DNA of 64,000 nt. Origin: Trichormus sp. ATA11-4-KO1 (GTDB lineage: Bacteria; Cyanobacteriota; Cyanobacteriia; Cyanobacteriales; Nostocaceae). Below are positions 40,532 through 52,283 of the stretch, one piece after another. Both the position numbers and the translations under genes were made by a program. Numbering within the stretch: position 1 is the stretch's first letter; each line of letters starts with the position of its first letter. The stretch is taken from NCBI GenBank assembly GCA_019358915.1, contig JAHHIM010000004.1:1-64000 (forward strand), in the 5' to 3' direction. The notes below the pieces were generated by a model. That model ran no database searches. It saw only the letters and a program-made list of their open reading frames with translations, and was not told the DNA's origin.

Positions 40532-41704
40532 ATGATTCTCAATATACCTCTAGCTTGGTTACAATTAGTCCGACAACGAGCTCGTTTTCTTGTTGCTTTA
40601 GCTGGAATCGCTTTTGTTTCTGTTTTAATGTTTATGCAAATTGGTTTTCAGGATGCACTCTATGCAAGTGCTACACAATTGCATAATAACTTGCAAGGAG
40701 ACTTATTTCTAATAAGTATCCAATATCAATCTTTAACATCCAATCAAAGCTTTCCTCGTCAGCGTTTGTTCCAGACTTTAGGTTTTAATGAAGTTGAATC
40801 CGTTAGACCTTTGTATGTACAATTTGCTAAACTAAAGAACCAAGATACTGGCATCAAATACCCAATATATGTACTCGGATTTGATCCAGTAGAATCAATT
40901 TTTCAATTGCCAAATATTCAGGAAAATCTTCATTTACTACAACTCCCTAACAAGGTGTTATTTGATAGTGCTTCTCGAAAAGAGTTTGGGCCAATTGCTC
41001 AAAGTTTTTCCCAGGGAAATAATGTAGGATTAGAGATATTTAGCTATACTGCTTTAGTTGGTTATAAGGTGGAAATTGGCGGCTTATTTAGTTTAGGTCC
41101 TTCTTTTGGAGTTGATGGAAATTTAATTGTTAGTACCTCAACTTTTCTGCGAATATTTCAAGATCGCTCTGTTCAAAATATAGATATAGGTTTAATTAAG
41201 CTTAAACCTGGTACTAACCCTCAGAAAGTTTTGCGGGATTTGTTAGCCAAGTTACCTAAAGATGTAACAGTAATGACTCAGCAGGACTTTATTACTCTAG
41301 AAAAAAATTATTGGACTTTAAGAACACCTATTGGGTTTGTATTTGACCTCATGGTGATTATGGGTTTTGTTGTTGGCGTTATCGTTGTTTATCAGATTTT
41401 ATACAGCAATATTTCTACTCATTTAGCTGAATATGCAACGCTAAAAGCAATGGGATTTAAAAACAAATATTTATTAAGTGTAGTTTTTCAACAAGCTTTA
41501 ATTCTAGCATCTCTGGGTTATATTCCAGGTTTTGCTATATCTATAGGTCTATATGATGTGGCCAAAAATGCTACTGGATTACCTATCTTCATGAATCTAC
41601 AAAGGTCAATCATAGTGTTAATTTTTGCTGTTTCCATGTGCTTGATTTCTGGTTTCTTATCTACAAATAAATTACGAAAAGTAGATCCAGCAGATATTTT
41701 TTAA
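40532..41704 (+). CDS. devC: DevC-family ABC permease
   Basis: IPLAWLQL, EYATLKAMG, DPADIF. Confidence 0.92.
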   Translation: MILNIPLAWLQLVRQRARFLVALAGIAFVSVLMFMQIGFQDALYASATQLHNNLQGDLFLISIQYQSLTSNQSFPRQRLFQTLGFNEVESVRPLYVQFAKLKNQDTGIKYPIYVLGFDPVESIFQLPNIQENLHLLQLPNKVLFDSASRKEFGPIAQSFSQGNNVGLEIFSYTALVGYKVEIGGLFSLGPSFGVDGNLIVSTSTFLRIFQDRSVQNIDIGLIKLKPGTNPQKVLRDLLAKLPKDVTVMTQQDFITLEKNYWTLRTPIGFVFDLMVIMGFVVGVIVVYQILYSNISTHLAEYATLKAMGFKNKYLLSVVFQQALILASLGYIPGFAISIGLYDVAKNATGLPIFMNLQRSIIVLIFAVSMCLISGFLSTNKLRKVDPADIF

Positions 41705-41735
41705 TCGTTAACAAGGAACATTGGTTTATTTCAAT

Positions 41736-42521
41736 ATGAAAGCAAAATCTATTATTGAGATTGAAAGCCTTAATCAATATTTTGGTAATAAAAAACTAAA
41801 AAGCCAAATATTGTTTGATATTAATTTGATGATTAAACCTGGTGAAATTGTGATTATGACTGGACCTTCAGGTTCAGGAAAAACAACTTTACTAACTTTG
41901 ATTGGTGGCTTACGTTCCATTCAAGAGGGAAGTCTCAAATTTTTAGGACAAGAACTTTATGGAGCCAGCAATGAAAAATTAGTACAAGTCCGTCGTCATA
42001 TTGGCTATATTTTTCAAGCTCATAACTTATTGGATTTTTTAACGGCTCGACAGAACGTCCAAATGACACTGGAGTTACACAAAAATATTCCCGAATGGGA
42101 AGCTCGTCGTAAATCAGAAGCGATGCTTCACGCTGTTAAATTAGAAAATCGAGTAAATTACTACCCATCTGATCTCTCAGGAGGACAAAAGCAACGGGTA
42201 GCGATCGCTCGTGCTTTAGTCGGTTCTCCCAAATTAGTCTTAGCCGACGAACCCACAGCCGCCTTAGATAGTAAATCTGGACGAGATATCGTCAACCTAA
42301 TGCAAGAGTTGGCTATAGAACATAATTGTGCCATCTTAATAGTCACTCACGACAACCGTATTTTAGATGTTGCAGACCGAATAATTTATATGGAGGATGG
42401 CCGACTAATCAAAGAAGTTATCTGCAATCCTGACAGGGAGACATCAGGAGAGCTTATATGTCAGAAGACAGAGGACACTTTGACTAGGCTCAGTGACTAC
42501 ACACTTCGACAAGCTCAGTGA
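41736..42521 (+). CDS. devA: DevA-family ABC ATPase
   Basis: GPSGSGKT, LSGGQ, DEPT; tail extended by repeat-derived sequence. Confidence 0.92.
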   Translation: MKAKSIIEIESLNQYFGNKKLKSQILFDINLMIKPGEIVIMTGPSGSGKTTLLTLIGGLRSIQEGSLKFLGQELYGASNEKLVQVRRHIGYIFQAHNLLDFLTARQNVQMTLELHKNIPEWEARRKSEAMLHAVKLENRVNYYPSDLSGGQKQRVAIARALVGSPKLVLADEPTAALDSKSGRDIVNLMQELAIEHNCAILIVTHDNRILDVADRIIYMEDGRLIKEVICNPDRETSGELICQKTEDTLTRLSDYTLRQAQ

Positions 42522-42896
42522 CCACAGGTGACAGGTTGTAATTAGTTTATGTCCTCAACTATGTGGTAATAGCTATACCTTCGTAGGACAGGATGAGTTG
42601 AGTTTTTCAGTAGTCCTGAGTAAAGTAAAAAAATCAAAGATATTCTTTGACAAACAAAGCTAGTCTCGATGAAACTCGTTTCATCAGGACTGCCTTTTTG
42701 AATTAATTAATAGTTTTAAGTATAAAATAAAATTAAATATACGGTTTTTACTTTTTTAGTAAAAAATCAACATCTTCGAGTGCCAACGTAAATCATAATA
42801 TTTAATTTTAATCTAGTAACGCCCAAACCTGAATGGGCTTGCATAGATTGCTTGTCAAGTTGAAAATAAATAGGCGAAGCACACGGGGAAACTAAC

Positions 42897-44324
42897 GTGA
42901 GTCATGGATTTGATTACGATTTAGTCATTATCGGCGCGGGTGTAGGCGGACATGGCGCAGCCCTACACGCCGTCAGCTGCGGTCTGAAAACAGCGATTAT
43001 TGAAGCAGCTGACATGGGAGGAACCTGTGTCAATCGAGGTTGCATTCCTTCTAAAGCGCTGCTGGCAGCATCTGGACGTGTGCGGGAGTTACGCAATGCC
43101 CACCACCTCAAGTCGCTGGGAATTCAAGTTGGTAATGTGGAGTTTGATCGACAAGCGATCGCCGATCATGCCGGCAATCTCGTCTCAAAAATTCAAGGCG
43201 ACTTAACCAACAGCCTCAAACGTCTGGGAGTAGATATTATTAGGGGTTGGGGGAAAATTGCGGGAACACAAAAAGTTACCATAACTGGGGATGGCAGTGA
43301 CAAAACAATTACAGCTAAAGACATTATCCTTTCCCCTGGTTCAGTACCCTTCGTGCCTCCAGGTATTGAAGTAGACGGAAAAACCGTCTTTACCAGCGAT
43401 CAAGGCGTGAAACTGGCATCTCTACCAGAATGGGTAGCGATTATTGGCAGTGGTTACATCGGCTTAGAATTTTCCGATGTTTACTCAGCTTTGGGCTGTG
43501 AAATCACTATGATTGAAGCCCTAGACCAATTAATGCCAGGATTTGACCGCGATATTGCCAAACTTGCAGAACGCGTACTAATTACTCCCCGCGACATTGA
43601 AACCAAAGTAGGGATATACGCGAAAAAAATTATCCCCGGTTCACCCGTGGTAATTGAATTAGCAGATTTCAAAACCAAAGAAGATATTGATGTCATCGAG
43701 GTAGATGCTTGCCTAGTCGCCACAGGACGCATCCCCGCGACAAAAAACCTCGGTTTAGAATCTGTGGGTGTGGAATTAGACAGACGGAACTTTATTCCCG
43801 TTGACGATCGCATGGCAGTGCTATCAGCCGGAGAAGTAGTTCCCCATGTGTGGGCAATTGGCGATGCTACTGGCAAAATGATGCTGGCACACGCCGCTTC
43901 TGCTCAAGGCATCGTCGCCGTAGAAAATATCATCGGACGAACGCGTGTGGTAGACTATCGCAGCATCCCCGCAGCTGCATTCACCCACCCAGAAGTCAGC
44001 TATGTCGGCTTAACAGAAACAGCCGCCAAAGAATTGGGACAAACTGAAGGCTTTGAAATAGCTACCAGTAGAAGTTACTTCAAAGGTAATTCCAAAGCCT
44101 TAGCAGAAAACGAAGCCGACGGTATAGCCAAGGTAGTATATCGCCAAGACACAGGCGAAGTCTTAGGTGTACATATTTTTGGCATGCACGCCGCCGACTT
44201 AATTCACGAAGCCTCAGCCGCGATCGCCAACCGTCAATCAGTCCAAAACCTCGCCCATTTAGTACACGCCCATCCCACACTTTCAGAAGTGTTAGATGAA
44301 GCGTATAAACGAGCCGTTGTTTAG
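42897..44324 (+). CDS. lpdA: Dihydrolipoyl dehydrogenase
   Basis: [21 protein letters not shown]. Confidence 0.96.
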   Translation: MSHGFDYDLVIIGAGVGGHGAALHAVSCGLKTAIIEAADMGGTCVNRGCIPSKALLAASGRVRELRNAHHLKSLGIQVGNVEFDRQAIADHAGNLVSKIQGDLTNSLKRLGVDIIRGWGKIAGTQKVTITGDGSDKTITAKDIILSPGSVPFVPPGIEVDGKTVFTSDQGVKLASLPEWVAIIGSGYIGLEFSDVYSALGCEITMIEALDQLMPGFDRDIAKLAERVLITPRDIETKVGIYAKKIIPGSPVVIELADFKTKEDIDVIEVDACLVATGRIPATKNLGLESVGVELDRRNFIPVDDRMAVLSAGEVVPHVWAIGDATGKMMLAHAASAQGIVAVENIIGRTRVVDYRSIPAAAFTHPEVSYVGLTETAAKELGQTEGFEIATSRSYFKGNSKALAENEADGIAKVVYRQDTGEVLGVHIFGMHAADLIHEASAAIANRQSVQNLAHLVHAHPTLSEVLDEAYKRAVV

Positions 44325-44433
44325 GGAATAGGGAATAGAGAGTGAGGCCAAGAACAAATATACTCCCTCACTCCCTCACTCCTTCACTCAGCACTCAGCA
44401 CTCAGCACTCAGCACTCAGCACTCAGCACTCAG
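44324..44433. repeat. STRR arrays (AGGGAAT, CACTCCCT, ACTCAGC)
   Basis: Tandem heptamers/octamers between lpdA and trpC. Confidence 0.85.
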
Positions 44434-44437
44434 AATG

Positions 44438-45349
44438 ATGCAAATCCGCCGCCGTTCACCGAACACAGCTATTAATGTCTCTTTTTTGCGCTATCAGTCT
44501 GCCTTGCCAGATGCAGAACCCAATAACATCTTGGAGGAAATTGTCTGGCATAAGGAAATTGAAGTTGAGCAAATGCGGGAAAAGCGGCCTTTACGGGAAT
44601 TACAAAAACAAGTATTGACAGCACCGCCAACTCGTGATTTTATCGCCGCTCTACACCCAGGCAAAACTCATCCAGCGTTGATTGCTGAAGTCAAAAAAGC
44701 TTCACCCAGTAAAGGCGTTTTACGGTCAGATTTTGACCCAGTAGCGATCGCCTTATCCTATCAACAAGGTGGTGCTAGTTGTCTTTCTGTTTTGACTGAT
44801 GTCAAGTTTTTTCAAGGTGGCTTTGATAACTTAGCTAAAGTTCGCAGCACAGTAGATTTACCATTATTATGTAAGGACTTTATTATCTATCCTTACCAAA
44901 TGTACTTAGCTCGGATTCAGGGTGCAGATGCGGTTTTGTTAATTGCGGCGATCCTCAGTGACCAAGATTTACAATACTTCCTCAAAATTGCCAATGCCCT
45001 GAAGATGACAGCTTTAATTGAAGTTCATAGTTTGGCAGAACTTGACCGTGTATTAGCTTTAGATGGTGTGTTTTTAGTAGGAATAAATAATCGCAATTTG
45101 GCAGATTTTACTGTTGATCTCCAAACGACTTGCCAACTATTAGCGGCACGAGGTAGTCAATTACAAGAACGGAATATTTTAGTTGTTAGTGAATCGGGAT
45201 TACATACCCCAAATGATTTAAATGTAGTTACACAAGCAGGGGCTGCTGCTGTACTGATCGGAGAATCTTTAGTTAAACAACCAGATCCCCAGTTAGCGAT
45301 CGCTAGTCTCTTTGCTGAATCTTCATCTCCAGGTACATCAAGGACATAA
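44438..45349 (+). CDS. trpC: Indole-3-glycerol phosphate synthase
   Basis: [28 protein letters not shown]; start moved to MQIRRR. Confidence 0.95.
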   Translation: MQIRRRSPNTAINVSFLRYQSALPDAEPNNILEEIVWHKEIEVEQMREKRPLRELQKQVLTAPPTRDFIAALHPGKTHPALIAEVKKASPSKGVLRSDFDPVAIALSYQQGGASCLSVLTDVKFFQGGFDNLAKVRSTVDLPLLCKDFIIYPYQMYLARIQGADAVLLIAAILSDQDLQYFLKIANALKMTALIEVHSLAELDRVLALDGVFLVGINNRNLADFTVDLQTTCQLLAARGSQLQERNILVVSESGLHTPNDLNVVTQAGAAAVLIGESLVKQPDPQLAIASLFAESSSPGTSRT

Positions 45350-45440
45350 CCAAATATTTGTTTCTTGTGTAACAATTTTGGCATAGAGATAAAACTCTGA
45401 TTAACACAAAATCCCCAATTTAAAGTTTTACATCAACTAC

Positions 45441-45692
45441 ATGGAGCAAATTCCTTTACCTTCACCTATCCATTACGAACTTTTACTTCAACTCTTAGAA
45501 AGACAAACCATGTCAGCCGTCAGTCAAAACCCCGATTTGCGGCATCAGGTAAATCAACTAATTATTACCTTGCGTAAAGCCGCAGTGCAACAAAAGCAGC
45601 TAGAAGAAATTTGCCAGTTTTCTTCTGTAGGCATAGACCACCGTTGGTCAATTAACCATCATAGTGGTGGTCGAGTTGTTGCCCCCGATTGA
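45441..45692 (+). CDS. Conserved cyanobacterial small protein (DUF5340-like)
   Basis: PLPSPIHYELLLQLLE...LIITLRKA...HRWS. Confidence 0.75.
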   Translation: MEQIPLPSPIHYELLLQLLERQTMSAVSQNPDLRHQVNQLIITLRKAAVQQKQLEEICQFSSVGIDHRWSINHHSGGRVVAPD

Positions 45693-46049
45693 TATGGGCA
45701 GGTTATGCCATAATGAAGTTTTCTCCCGCTAATCCTTCGGGTATAACGGGAGCCTCTAAATTTTACAATAAAGATTTTACAAACTACCAAATCATAGAAA
45801 GGCTTCACGCTTCAACGAAGTCAGAACCTATCCATTAGTCACATCTTTCTTTACAATATTGAAACCCTAGTTTCATAGGTATCTCAGAGACTAAGGGGTC
45901 AAACATACTTGACAAAATTGCGCTTAATATTCTCGCTAAAACTGCATTTTCATTGAGAATTAGCAACGAAGGAATCAGTATTATCAAAAATGTGAGTTAA
46001 TACTCTCGCAAATGTTGAGAAAGATCCGGGTAATGGATAGCCGCGTCGG

Positions 46050-46310
46050 AGAGGGTTTGGGGTGATTCACCTCTTGCACCAAGCGACTGAAGTCGCGGCT
46101 ACACGAACAAAACCCGCACTTCGACAAGGCTCAGTACAAGTCACTCGAGCCGCTCAGTAACCACCTGCGCGGGTTCCAAATCCTTGATTTTACATTAGTC
46201 CGCGTAGGACGTTCGGCGAAGCTACTTCGACAAGGCTCAGTACAAGTCACTCGAGCCGCGGACTTCGTTTGTATAGCCACGAATTTCATTCGTTGGGGCT
46301 AGGTGCAAGA
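46050..46310. repeat. MITE-like composite with nested small dispersed repeats
   Basis: Ends tcttgcacc...ggtgcaaga; two ttcgacaaggctcagtacaagtcactcgagccgc copies; internal hairpins. Confidence 0.7.
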
Positions 46311-46460
46311 TATGTGGTGAGGTTTATCGAATTCACGTAAATTCATCCTTCGCGCTTTGGTACCTCTACCTAAAAAAACTCTTTGTTCTCTGCGTACCAG
46401 CATTTTGATAAGTTAGTACATAGTTTGAAACAATTACAGTTAAAACAAGAGGGGATTACA

Positions 46461-47639
46461 TTGAGTCACCATCCAGATGCCATTGCCCCCCACGGTGGAC
46501 AATTGATTAACCGGATCGCCACAGCTGAACAAAAGGCAGAGTTTCTCTCAAAAGCCGACTTTTTACCGCGAGTACAACTGGATGAGCGGGCGGTTTCTGA
46601 TTTAGAGATGATTGCCATCGGTGGCTTTAGTCCACTCACGGGTTTTATGAACCAGGAAGACTACGATCGCGTGGTCACCCAAATGCGGCTAGCCAATGGT
46701 CTGGCGTGGTCAATACCGATTACACTTTCAGTCACAGAAGAAGTAGCATCCCCACTCAAGGAAGGCGGCTTGATCCGCCTGGATAACCCCAGTGGTGAGT
46801 TTATCGGCGTTTTGCAACTCGCGCAAAAGTATCTTTATAACAAGACCCGTGAGGCTATTAACGTCTACCGCACTGATGACGCTAAACATCCAGGTGTGCA
46901 GGTAGTCTATAACCAAGGTTCTGTAAATCTCGCAGGTGACATTTGGTTATTACAACGCGATCGCCATCCCCAGTTTCCTAAATACCAAATCGATCCAGCT
47001 GCTTCACGGCAGATGTTTAGAGACAAGGGTTGGAAAACCATTGTCGGTTTTCAAACTCGCAACCCCATCCACCGCGCTCATGAATACATCCAAAAGTGTG
47101 CTTTAGAAACCGTTGATGGTTTATTTTTGCATCCCTTGGTAGGGGCGACAAAAGAAGATGATATTCCCGCCGATGTGCGGATGCGCTGCTATGAAATTTT
47201 GCTAGAACACCACTATCCCTTAGACCGAGTTATTTTAGCCATCAATCCGGCGGCAATGCGTTATGCTGGACCTCGGGAGGCCATCTTCCATGCCTTAGTT
47301 CGGAAAAATTACGGTTGTACTCACTTTATTGTCGGACGGGATCATGCAGGTGTGGGTGATTATTACGGCACTTATGATGCTCAACATATCTTTGACGAGT
47401 TTGAGCCAACTGAATTGGGCATTGTGCCGATGAAATTTGAACACGCTTTCTACTGCACACGCACCAAACAAATGGCCACAACTAAAACCAGCCCCAGTAA
47501 GCCAGAAGAGCGCGTTCATCTGTCGGGAACCAAAGTCAGAGAAATGCTGCGCCGGGGTGAATTACCCCCACCAGAATTTTCCCGTCCCGAAGTGGCGGCA
47601 GAATTGGCTAGAGCAATGCAATTACAAACATTGGCTTAA
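46461..47639 (+). CDS. sat: Sulfate adenylyltransferase
   Basis: [24 protein letters not shown] start at 46461 after a GGGGA RBS. Confidence 0.96.
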   Translation: MSHHPDAIAPHGGQLINRIATAEQKAEFLSKADFLPRVQLDERAVSDLEMIAIGGFSPLTGFMNQEDYDRVVTQMRLANGLAWSIPITLSVTEEVASPLKEGGLIRLDNPSGEFIGVLQLAQKYLYNKTREAINVYRTDDAKHPGVQVVYNQGSVNLAGDIWLLQRDRHPQFPKYQIDPAASRQMFRDKGWKTIVGFQTRNPIHRAHEYIQKCALETVDGLFLHPLVGATKEDDIPADVRMRCYEILLEHHYPLDRVILAINPAAMRYAGPREAIFHALVRKNYGCTHFIVGRDHAGVGDYYGTYDAQHIFDEFEPTELGIVPMKFEHAFYCTRTKQMATTKTSPSKPEERVHLSGTKVREMLRRGELPPPEFSRPEVAAELARAMQLQTLA

Positions 47640-47739
47640 GTCAATCTATCAATTGACAAACAGTATAAACTTTAACTTTACACTACAGACTTCAGCCCCT
47701 TAAGCTGTTAGCTGACGGGCTGAGGACTGATGGCTAATT

Positions 47740-49881
47740 ATGAAGCGTCGGACTTTTGTACAACGGATTGGTTCAATACTCGCAGTGTTGGGTATAACTG
47801 AAGTTGAGTGGTTGACTTTGAGCGATCGCTACTCCCAAGCTTTAGCACAACCTAGTACGCGGAAATTGGCATTATTGATCGGCATTAATCAATACCAAAA
47901 AAGTCCCTCTTTGAGTGGTTGTCTTACCGATGTAGAACTGCAAAAAGAACTGTTAATTCATCGGTTTGGCTTCCAAAGTTCAGATATCCTGACCTTAACT
48001 GACGAACAAGCTACCAGGAAATCCATTGAGGCGGCTTTTGAGGAACACCTCGGTAAGCAAGCTAAAGCTGATGATGTGGTGGTATTCCACTTTAGTGGCT
48101 ATGGTACCCGAATTAAATCGGGACAATTTATCGATACAGTACAAAATGCTTTAGTTCCAGCTCATGAACATCAAGACACACAAGATAAGAAAATAGTCAA
48201 CTATATATTGGCAGAAACCGTACAGCTATTGTTGCGATCGCTGCCCACAAACCACGTTACAGCTGTATTGGATACCAGTTATTATGCGCCGACAAAAGTC
48301 CAGCCAACAGCCTGGCGAATTCGTGCTCGCCATGAATTACCAGATGCACAGCTAGTAACAGCCGAACTTGAGTTTTTACAACAACTCAAAAGTCAAAACT
48401 CAGCCCTCAATAGTGGTGTTGTGTTATCCGCTACTTCAGATCCCCAACAATTGGCGATGGAAGCGCTCTTTTCTGGTTTTAGTGCGGGGTTATTTACCTA
48501 TGCATTGACACAATACCTGTGGGAAACCACACCAGCAACGACAATTCAATTTAGCCTCTCCCATGTGGGAAGTTCCATACACCAGCTGGGTAGCAAACAG
48601 CAACCAGGATTATTGAGTGAGCCGAAAACTCAACAGGGAGCATTAACTATTGAAAATCTCCTCCCAGAACCCAAAGTGAGCGCCGAGGGAGCAATCAAAG
48701 CCATGGAAGACGAGGGTAAAACAACTCATCTGTGGTTAGCAGGAATACCTCCACAAGTACTGGAATACTATGGAGTTAATTCCCGACTCACTTTATCAAC
48801 TGGAGAACAGTTAATATTGCGATCGCGTACTGGGTTAACAGCAAAAGCCCAAATTTCTAAAGTTAAAGGAGAAAGTTCCCTAAAAGTAGGACAACTTTGC
48901 CAAGAAGTAGTTAGGGTGCTACCCCGGAGTGTTAGTTTAACAGTTGCCCTGGATACGGGACTAGAAAGAATTGAGCGGGTAGATGCCACAAGTGCCTTTG
49001 CCGCAGTCAATCATATATCCACTGTCGTGGCAGGAGAACAACCAGCCGATTGTGTATTTGGTAAACTATTGGAAACTCCTAGTCGCTACGGTTTATTTAC
49101 TCCAGGCGGCGAGCTAATTTCCAACACAGCTGGAGAAGTTGGGGAAGCGGTAAAATTGGCAGTGCAGAGATTAGTACCAAAATTACCAACACTGTTAGCA
49201 GCAAAGTTATGGCGACTCACAGAAAATGAAGGTTCTTCCCGCTTACCCATCAAGGCAACCCTGGAGATTATCAACGGCTTGTCATCACGGGTAGTCATGC
49301 AACGCGAAACAACACGAACTCTGGAGGCGGAAAAACGCCACGGCAAATCACTGCTAACAGTACTCAGTAATCCTACTGTGCCTATTGGTAGTCGAATGCA
49401 ATACAAATTACAAAATAAGGGCGATCGCCCGGTATATTTAATGCTGCTGGGATTAAAAAATGATCGAACTGCGATCGCTTTTTATCCCTGGCAATCCCCC
49501 CAAGAATCAACCAGTATTGACTCTAAATCTTTGTTCCAACAAGTTGCGATCGCCCCAGGTCAAACCCTCACATTACCAAAAAGTATTACTGCCTCGGAAT
49601 GGGTAATTCCCGGGCCAGCTTATGAATGTGAACACCAATTGATCCTCAGTACTGCCCCTTTCCGTGAAACCCTAGCACACTTAGAAACTTCTAAGTATCC
49701 CATCACAGACCAACGACCCTTTGGTGCATTATTAAATTCTTTAGAAATTGCCCAAGCACTTCTACAAGACTTGCATAATGCCAGTGCGGTCAAGTCAGAC
49801 ATCAATAGTATATCTGCTGACTCCTATGTATTAGATGTTAACAATTGGGCTAGTTTGAACTTTGATTTTCAAGTGGTGTAA
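47740..49881 (+). CDS. Caspase-like (C14) pseudo-orthocaspase with Tat-like signal and DUF4384-like C-terminus
   Basis: ALLIGINQY, LSGCLTD, FSGYG (His to Tyr), LDTSY (Cys to Ser); KRRTF N-terminus. Confidence 0.85.
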   Translation: MKRRTFVQRIGSILAVLGITEVEWLTLSDRYSQALAQPSTRKLALLIGINQYQKSPSLSGCLTDVELQKELLIHRFGFQSSDILTLTDEQATRKSIEAAFEEHLGKQAKADDVVVFHFSGYGTRIKSGQFIDTVQNALVPAHEHQDTQDKKIVNYILAETVQLLLRSLPTNHVTAVLDTSYYAPTKVQPTAWRIRARHELPDAQLVTAELEFLQQLKSQNSALNSGVVLSATSDPQQLAMEALFSGFSAGLFTYALTQYLWETTPATTIQFSLSHVGSSIHQLGSKQQPGLLSEPKTQQGALTIENLLPEPKVSAEGAIKAMEDEGKTTHLWLAGIPPQVLEYYGVNSRLTLSTGEQLILRSRTGLTAKAQISKVKGESSLKVGQLCQEVVRVLPRSVSLTVALDTGLERIERVDATSAFAAVNHISTVVAGEQPADCVFGKLLETPSRYGLFTPGGELISNTAGEVGEAVKLAVQRLVPKLPTLLAAKLWRLTENEGSSRLPIKATLEIINGLSSRVVMQRETTRTLEAEKRHGKSLLTVLSNPTVPIGSRMQYKLQNKGDRPVYLMLLGLKNDRTAIAFYPWQSPQESTSIDSKSLFQQVAIAPGQTLTLPKSITASEWVIPGPAYECEHQLILSTAPFRETLAHLETSKYPITDQRPFGALLNSLEIAQALLQDLHNASAVKSDINSISADSYVLDVNNWASLNFDFQVV

Positions 49882-49888
49882 ACCCGTA

Positions 49889-49924
49889 CAGATACCCAAC
49901 TTCTTGAAGAAGTCGGGGATCTGG
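49889..49924. terminator. Palindromic repeat between convergent genes, likely a bidirectional terminator
   Basis: cagatacccaacttc-ttgaa-gaagtcggggatctg. Confidence 0.6.
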
Positions 49925-49927
49925 GTA

Positions 49928-50800
49928 CTATAAATACTTTTGCAACAACAAACCCAACTTTTCTTTCGTCGCCGTTGGTGCTTGCTGCAAATTCGTCAAA
50001 ATCGCATACTTTAAAGCTGAATGAGCATCACTAATTGGCGGATTTTCACTCAAACGTCGCACAGTTTCTTGAATTACCTTTTGAGCATTAACTGCATTGC
50101 GTTGCAAATTACCAATTACCATCTCTACCGTCACACTATCGTGATCCGGATGCCAGCAATCATAATCCGTCACCAGCGCTAAAGTTGCATAGGCAATTTC
50201 TGCTTCCCTTGCCAACTTGGCCTCTGGTAAATTCGTCATGCCAATTACTGTTGCACCCCAACTGCGGTAAAGATTTGATTCCGCCTTGGTGGAAAATGCC
50301 GGGCCTTCCATGCACACATAAGTACCACCACGATGCAGAGTCACATCTGGTAAATCCAAAGAGGCGATCGCATCCGCCAACACCCCAGCCAAATTTTGAC
50401 AAATCGGATCGCCAAAGGCAATGTGAGCCACAATTCCTTCGCCAAAAAACGTTGAAATCCGATTTTTTGTCCTGTCAATAAATTGATCTGGTACTACCAT
50501 ATCTACTGGTTTCGCTTCTGCTTTTAAGGAACCAACCGCGCTAGCTGAGATTAAATACTCTACACCCAGTTGCTTCATCGCATAGATATTGGCACGAAAC
50601 GGCAACTCAGAAGGCAGTAGAGTATGATTACGTCCGTGACGTGCCAAAAAGGCTACCTGTGTTCCTGCCAATGTCCCCAAAATCAAAGCATCAGAAGGCG
50701 AACCAAAAGGCGTCTGGATTTGTACCTCTTCCACGTCCTTGAGGGCTGCCATTTTGTATAGACCACTACCACCAATAATTCCAATACTAACTTTAGTCAT
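49928..50800 (-). CDS. mtnP: S-methyl-5'-thioadenosine phosphorylase
   Basis: GIIGGSG, RHG, EGPAFST, GMT, TDYDCW. Confidence 0.95.
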   Translation of the reverse strand: MTKVSIGIIGGSGLYKMAALKDVEEVQIQTPFGSPSDALILGTLAGTQVAFLARHGRNHTLLPSELPFRANIYAMKQLGVEYLISASAVGSLKAEAKPVDMVVPDQFIDRTKNRISTFFGEGIVAHIAFGDPICQNLAGVLADAIASLDLPDVTLHRGGTYVCMEGPAFSTKAESNLYRSWGATVIGMTNLPEAKLAREAEIAYATLALVTDYDCWHPDHDSVTVEMVIGNLQRNAVNAQKVIQETVRRLSENPPISDAHSALKYAILTNLQQAPTATKEKLGLLLQKYL

Positions 50801-51229
50801 TACATGTTCCTTGCTGAGTTGCCCAGTTATTTTACCGAAAAGGGGACTAGTACCGTTGCACGGAAGTCAAAAGACTGATATTTTTTATCAGCTACCAACT
50901 CATATTCAGCCAGCAACAGTGTTCGCTAGCTGAATATGAGTGATTGATTATTACTTATTTATTGGTGGAAATTGTGGTGATCAAAATTTGTATAAAAAAG
51001 CTTGATTTACACATCTGATAAATCTACTTTTTATACTTAGATAATCTTTAAAATGCATATTCTTAAAAAATATCAAAAACTTCTAAAAATAAATCATACA
51101 TTTTTGCTTAGGCTATGATAGAACGATTTTCAAGTATATAAAGAATTTGCAAACTTATTGAAAACTATGTTAATAACACTCAAGTAATCATATATTTAAA
51201 ATTAGCTTTCTCAAAAGTACTGTTTAAAC

Positions 51230-52126
51230 ATGCTCAGTGTAAACTCCAAACTTTTAGCCCTGCGTCAATTTATTGCTAAGGATGCTAATGTGGATTGGCA
51301 AACTGGAAGTATTCCTACTTGCCAAATGAGCAATTTTACTCCAGCAATGAAAGCAAACCAATATTATTACGATCATCCTGAATGGGCAAAAGGCTACTTT
51401 AAAGCCTGTCATCGAGATCAAGTATTTCAAGAACGCTGGCAGTCAGCAATAGATAGTTGGGATGATAAAATTGTCGTTGATATTGGTTGCGGCCCTGGTA
51501 ATTTGTTTGCAACATTAGGTGGTTCACCAAGACTGATGATTGGTGTAGATATCTCCCGTACATCTTTGGAAATGGCGCAAACTGTGGGCTATACACCTAT
51601 TTTGGCAGATGCCCAAAATTTACCATTTATTGACTCTTTTGCAGATATCGTTGCAGTCAATGCTACATTACACCATTGCGACGATATGACTAAAACTTTG
51701 CTTCAAGCTGCACGTCTAGTTCGTCCTGGCGGATTGTTAATTACTGATCATGATCCGCAACAAACTGCTTGGAACTGGAAAGGTTTAGGTATGCTTTTGT
51801 ATAAAATACGAGTACCAATTTATCGATTACTGAGCGGTGGTAATTTCATGTCGCCAGAAGAACATAATGCTATGCTCGCGACTGAAACTTACCACAAACC
51901 TGGTTATGGTTTAACGCCACAATTTTATTATCAAGTTTTAGAACCTAGGGGTTTTACAGTAAAAGTTTATCCCCACAATCACACTCTGGGAGCGGAAGTT
52001 TTACAGGGAAATTATGGTCGCTCAGTGAGCAAATATCGCCTAAGTCAATGGTTATCTGGGATTAATTCTGATTTACCAGAGGCGGCGTTATCTTTGATGT
52101 GTATTGCTAAACGCAATCTAAGATAA
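51230..52126 (+). CDS. Class I SAM-dependent methyltransferase
   Basis: VDIGCGPG, LHH, LVRPGG. Confidence 0.88.
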   Translation: MLSVNSKLLALRQFIAKDANVDWQTGSIPTCQMSNFTPAMKANQYYYDHPEWAKGYFKACHRDQVFQERWQSAIDSWDDKIVVDIGCGPGNLFATLGGSPRLMIGVDISRTSLEMAQTVGYTPILADAQNLPFIDSFADIVAVNATLHHCDDMTKTLLQAARLVRPGGLLITDHDPQQTAWNWKGLGMLLYKIRVPIYRLLSGGNFMSPEEHNAMLATETYHKPGYGLTPQFYYQVLEPRGFTVKVYPHNHTLGAEVLQGNYGRSVSKYRLSQWLSGINSDLPEAALSLMCIAKRNLR

Positions 52127-52283
52127 TCGCGATCGCCCTAATTATGCTCGAAGCTAGGGGTTTATTTGACAGGCGATCGCCTCTGGCTCTGTGCGCAATT
52201 GCTCATCGGTAGTTTACAGGTTTTTTCCTGAAGCTCTTGCAAATACAGCCGAAAACGCTTCACCAAAGGTTGACATATCAATT

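Noticed and set aside
44342..44437. N-terminal extension of trpC
   Set aside because: It is a translation of STRR heptamers; the real start is probably MQIRRR.
46383..46460. N-terminal extension of sat
   Set aside because: A better TTG start with an RBS lies at 46461.
47740..49881. Caspase as an anti-phage effector
   Set aside because: The catalytic dyad is substituted and the neighbours (sat, mtnP) are housekeeping genes.
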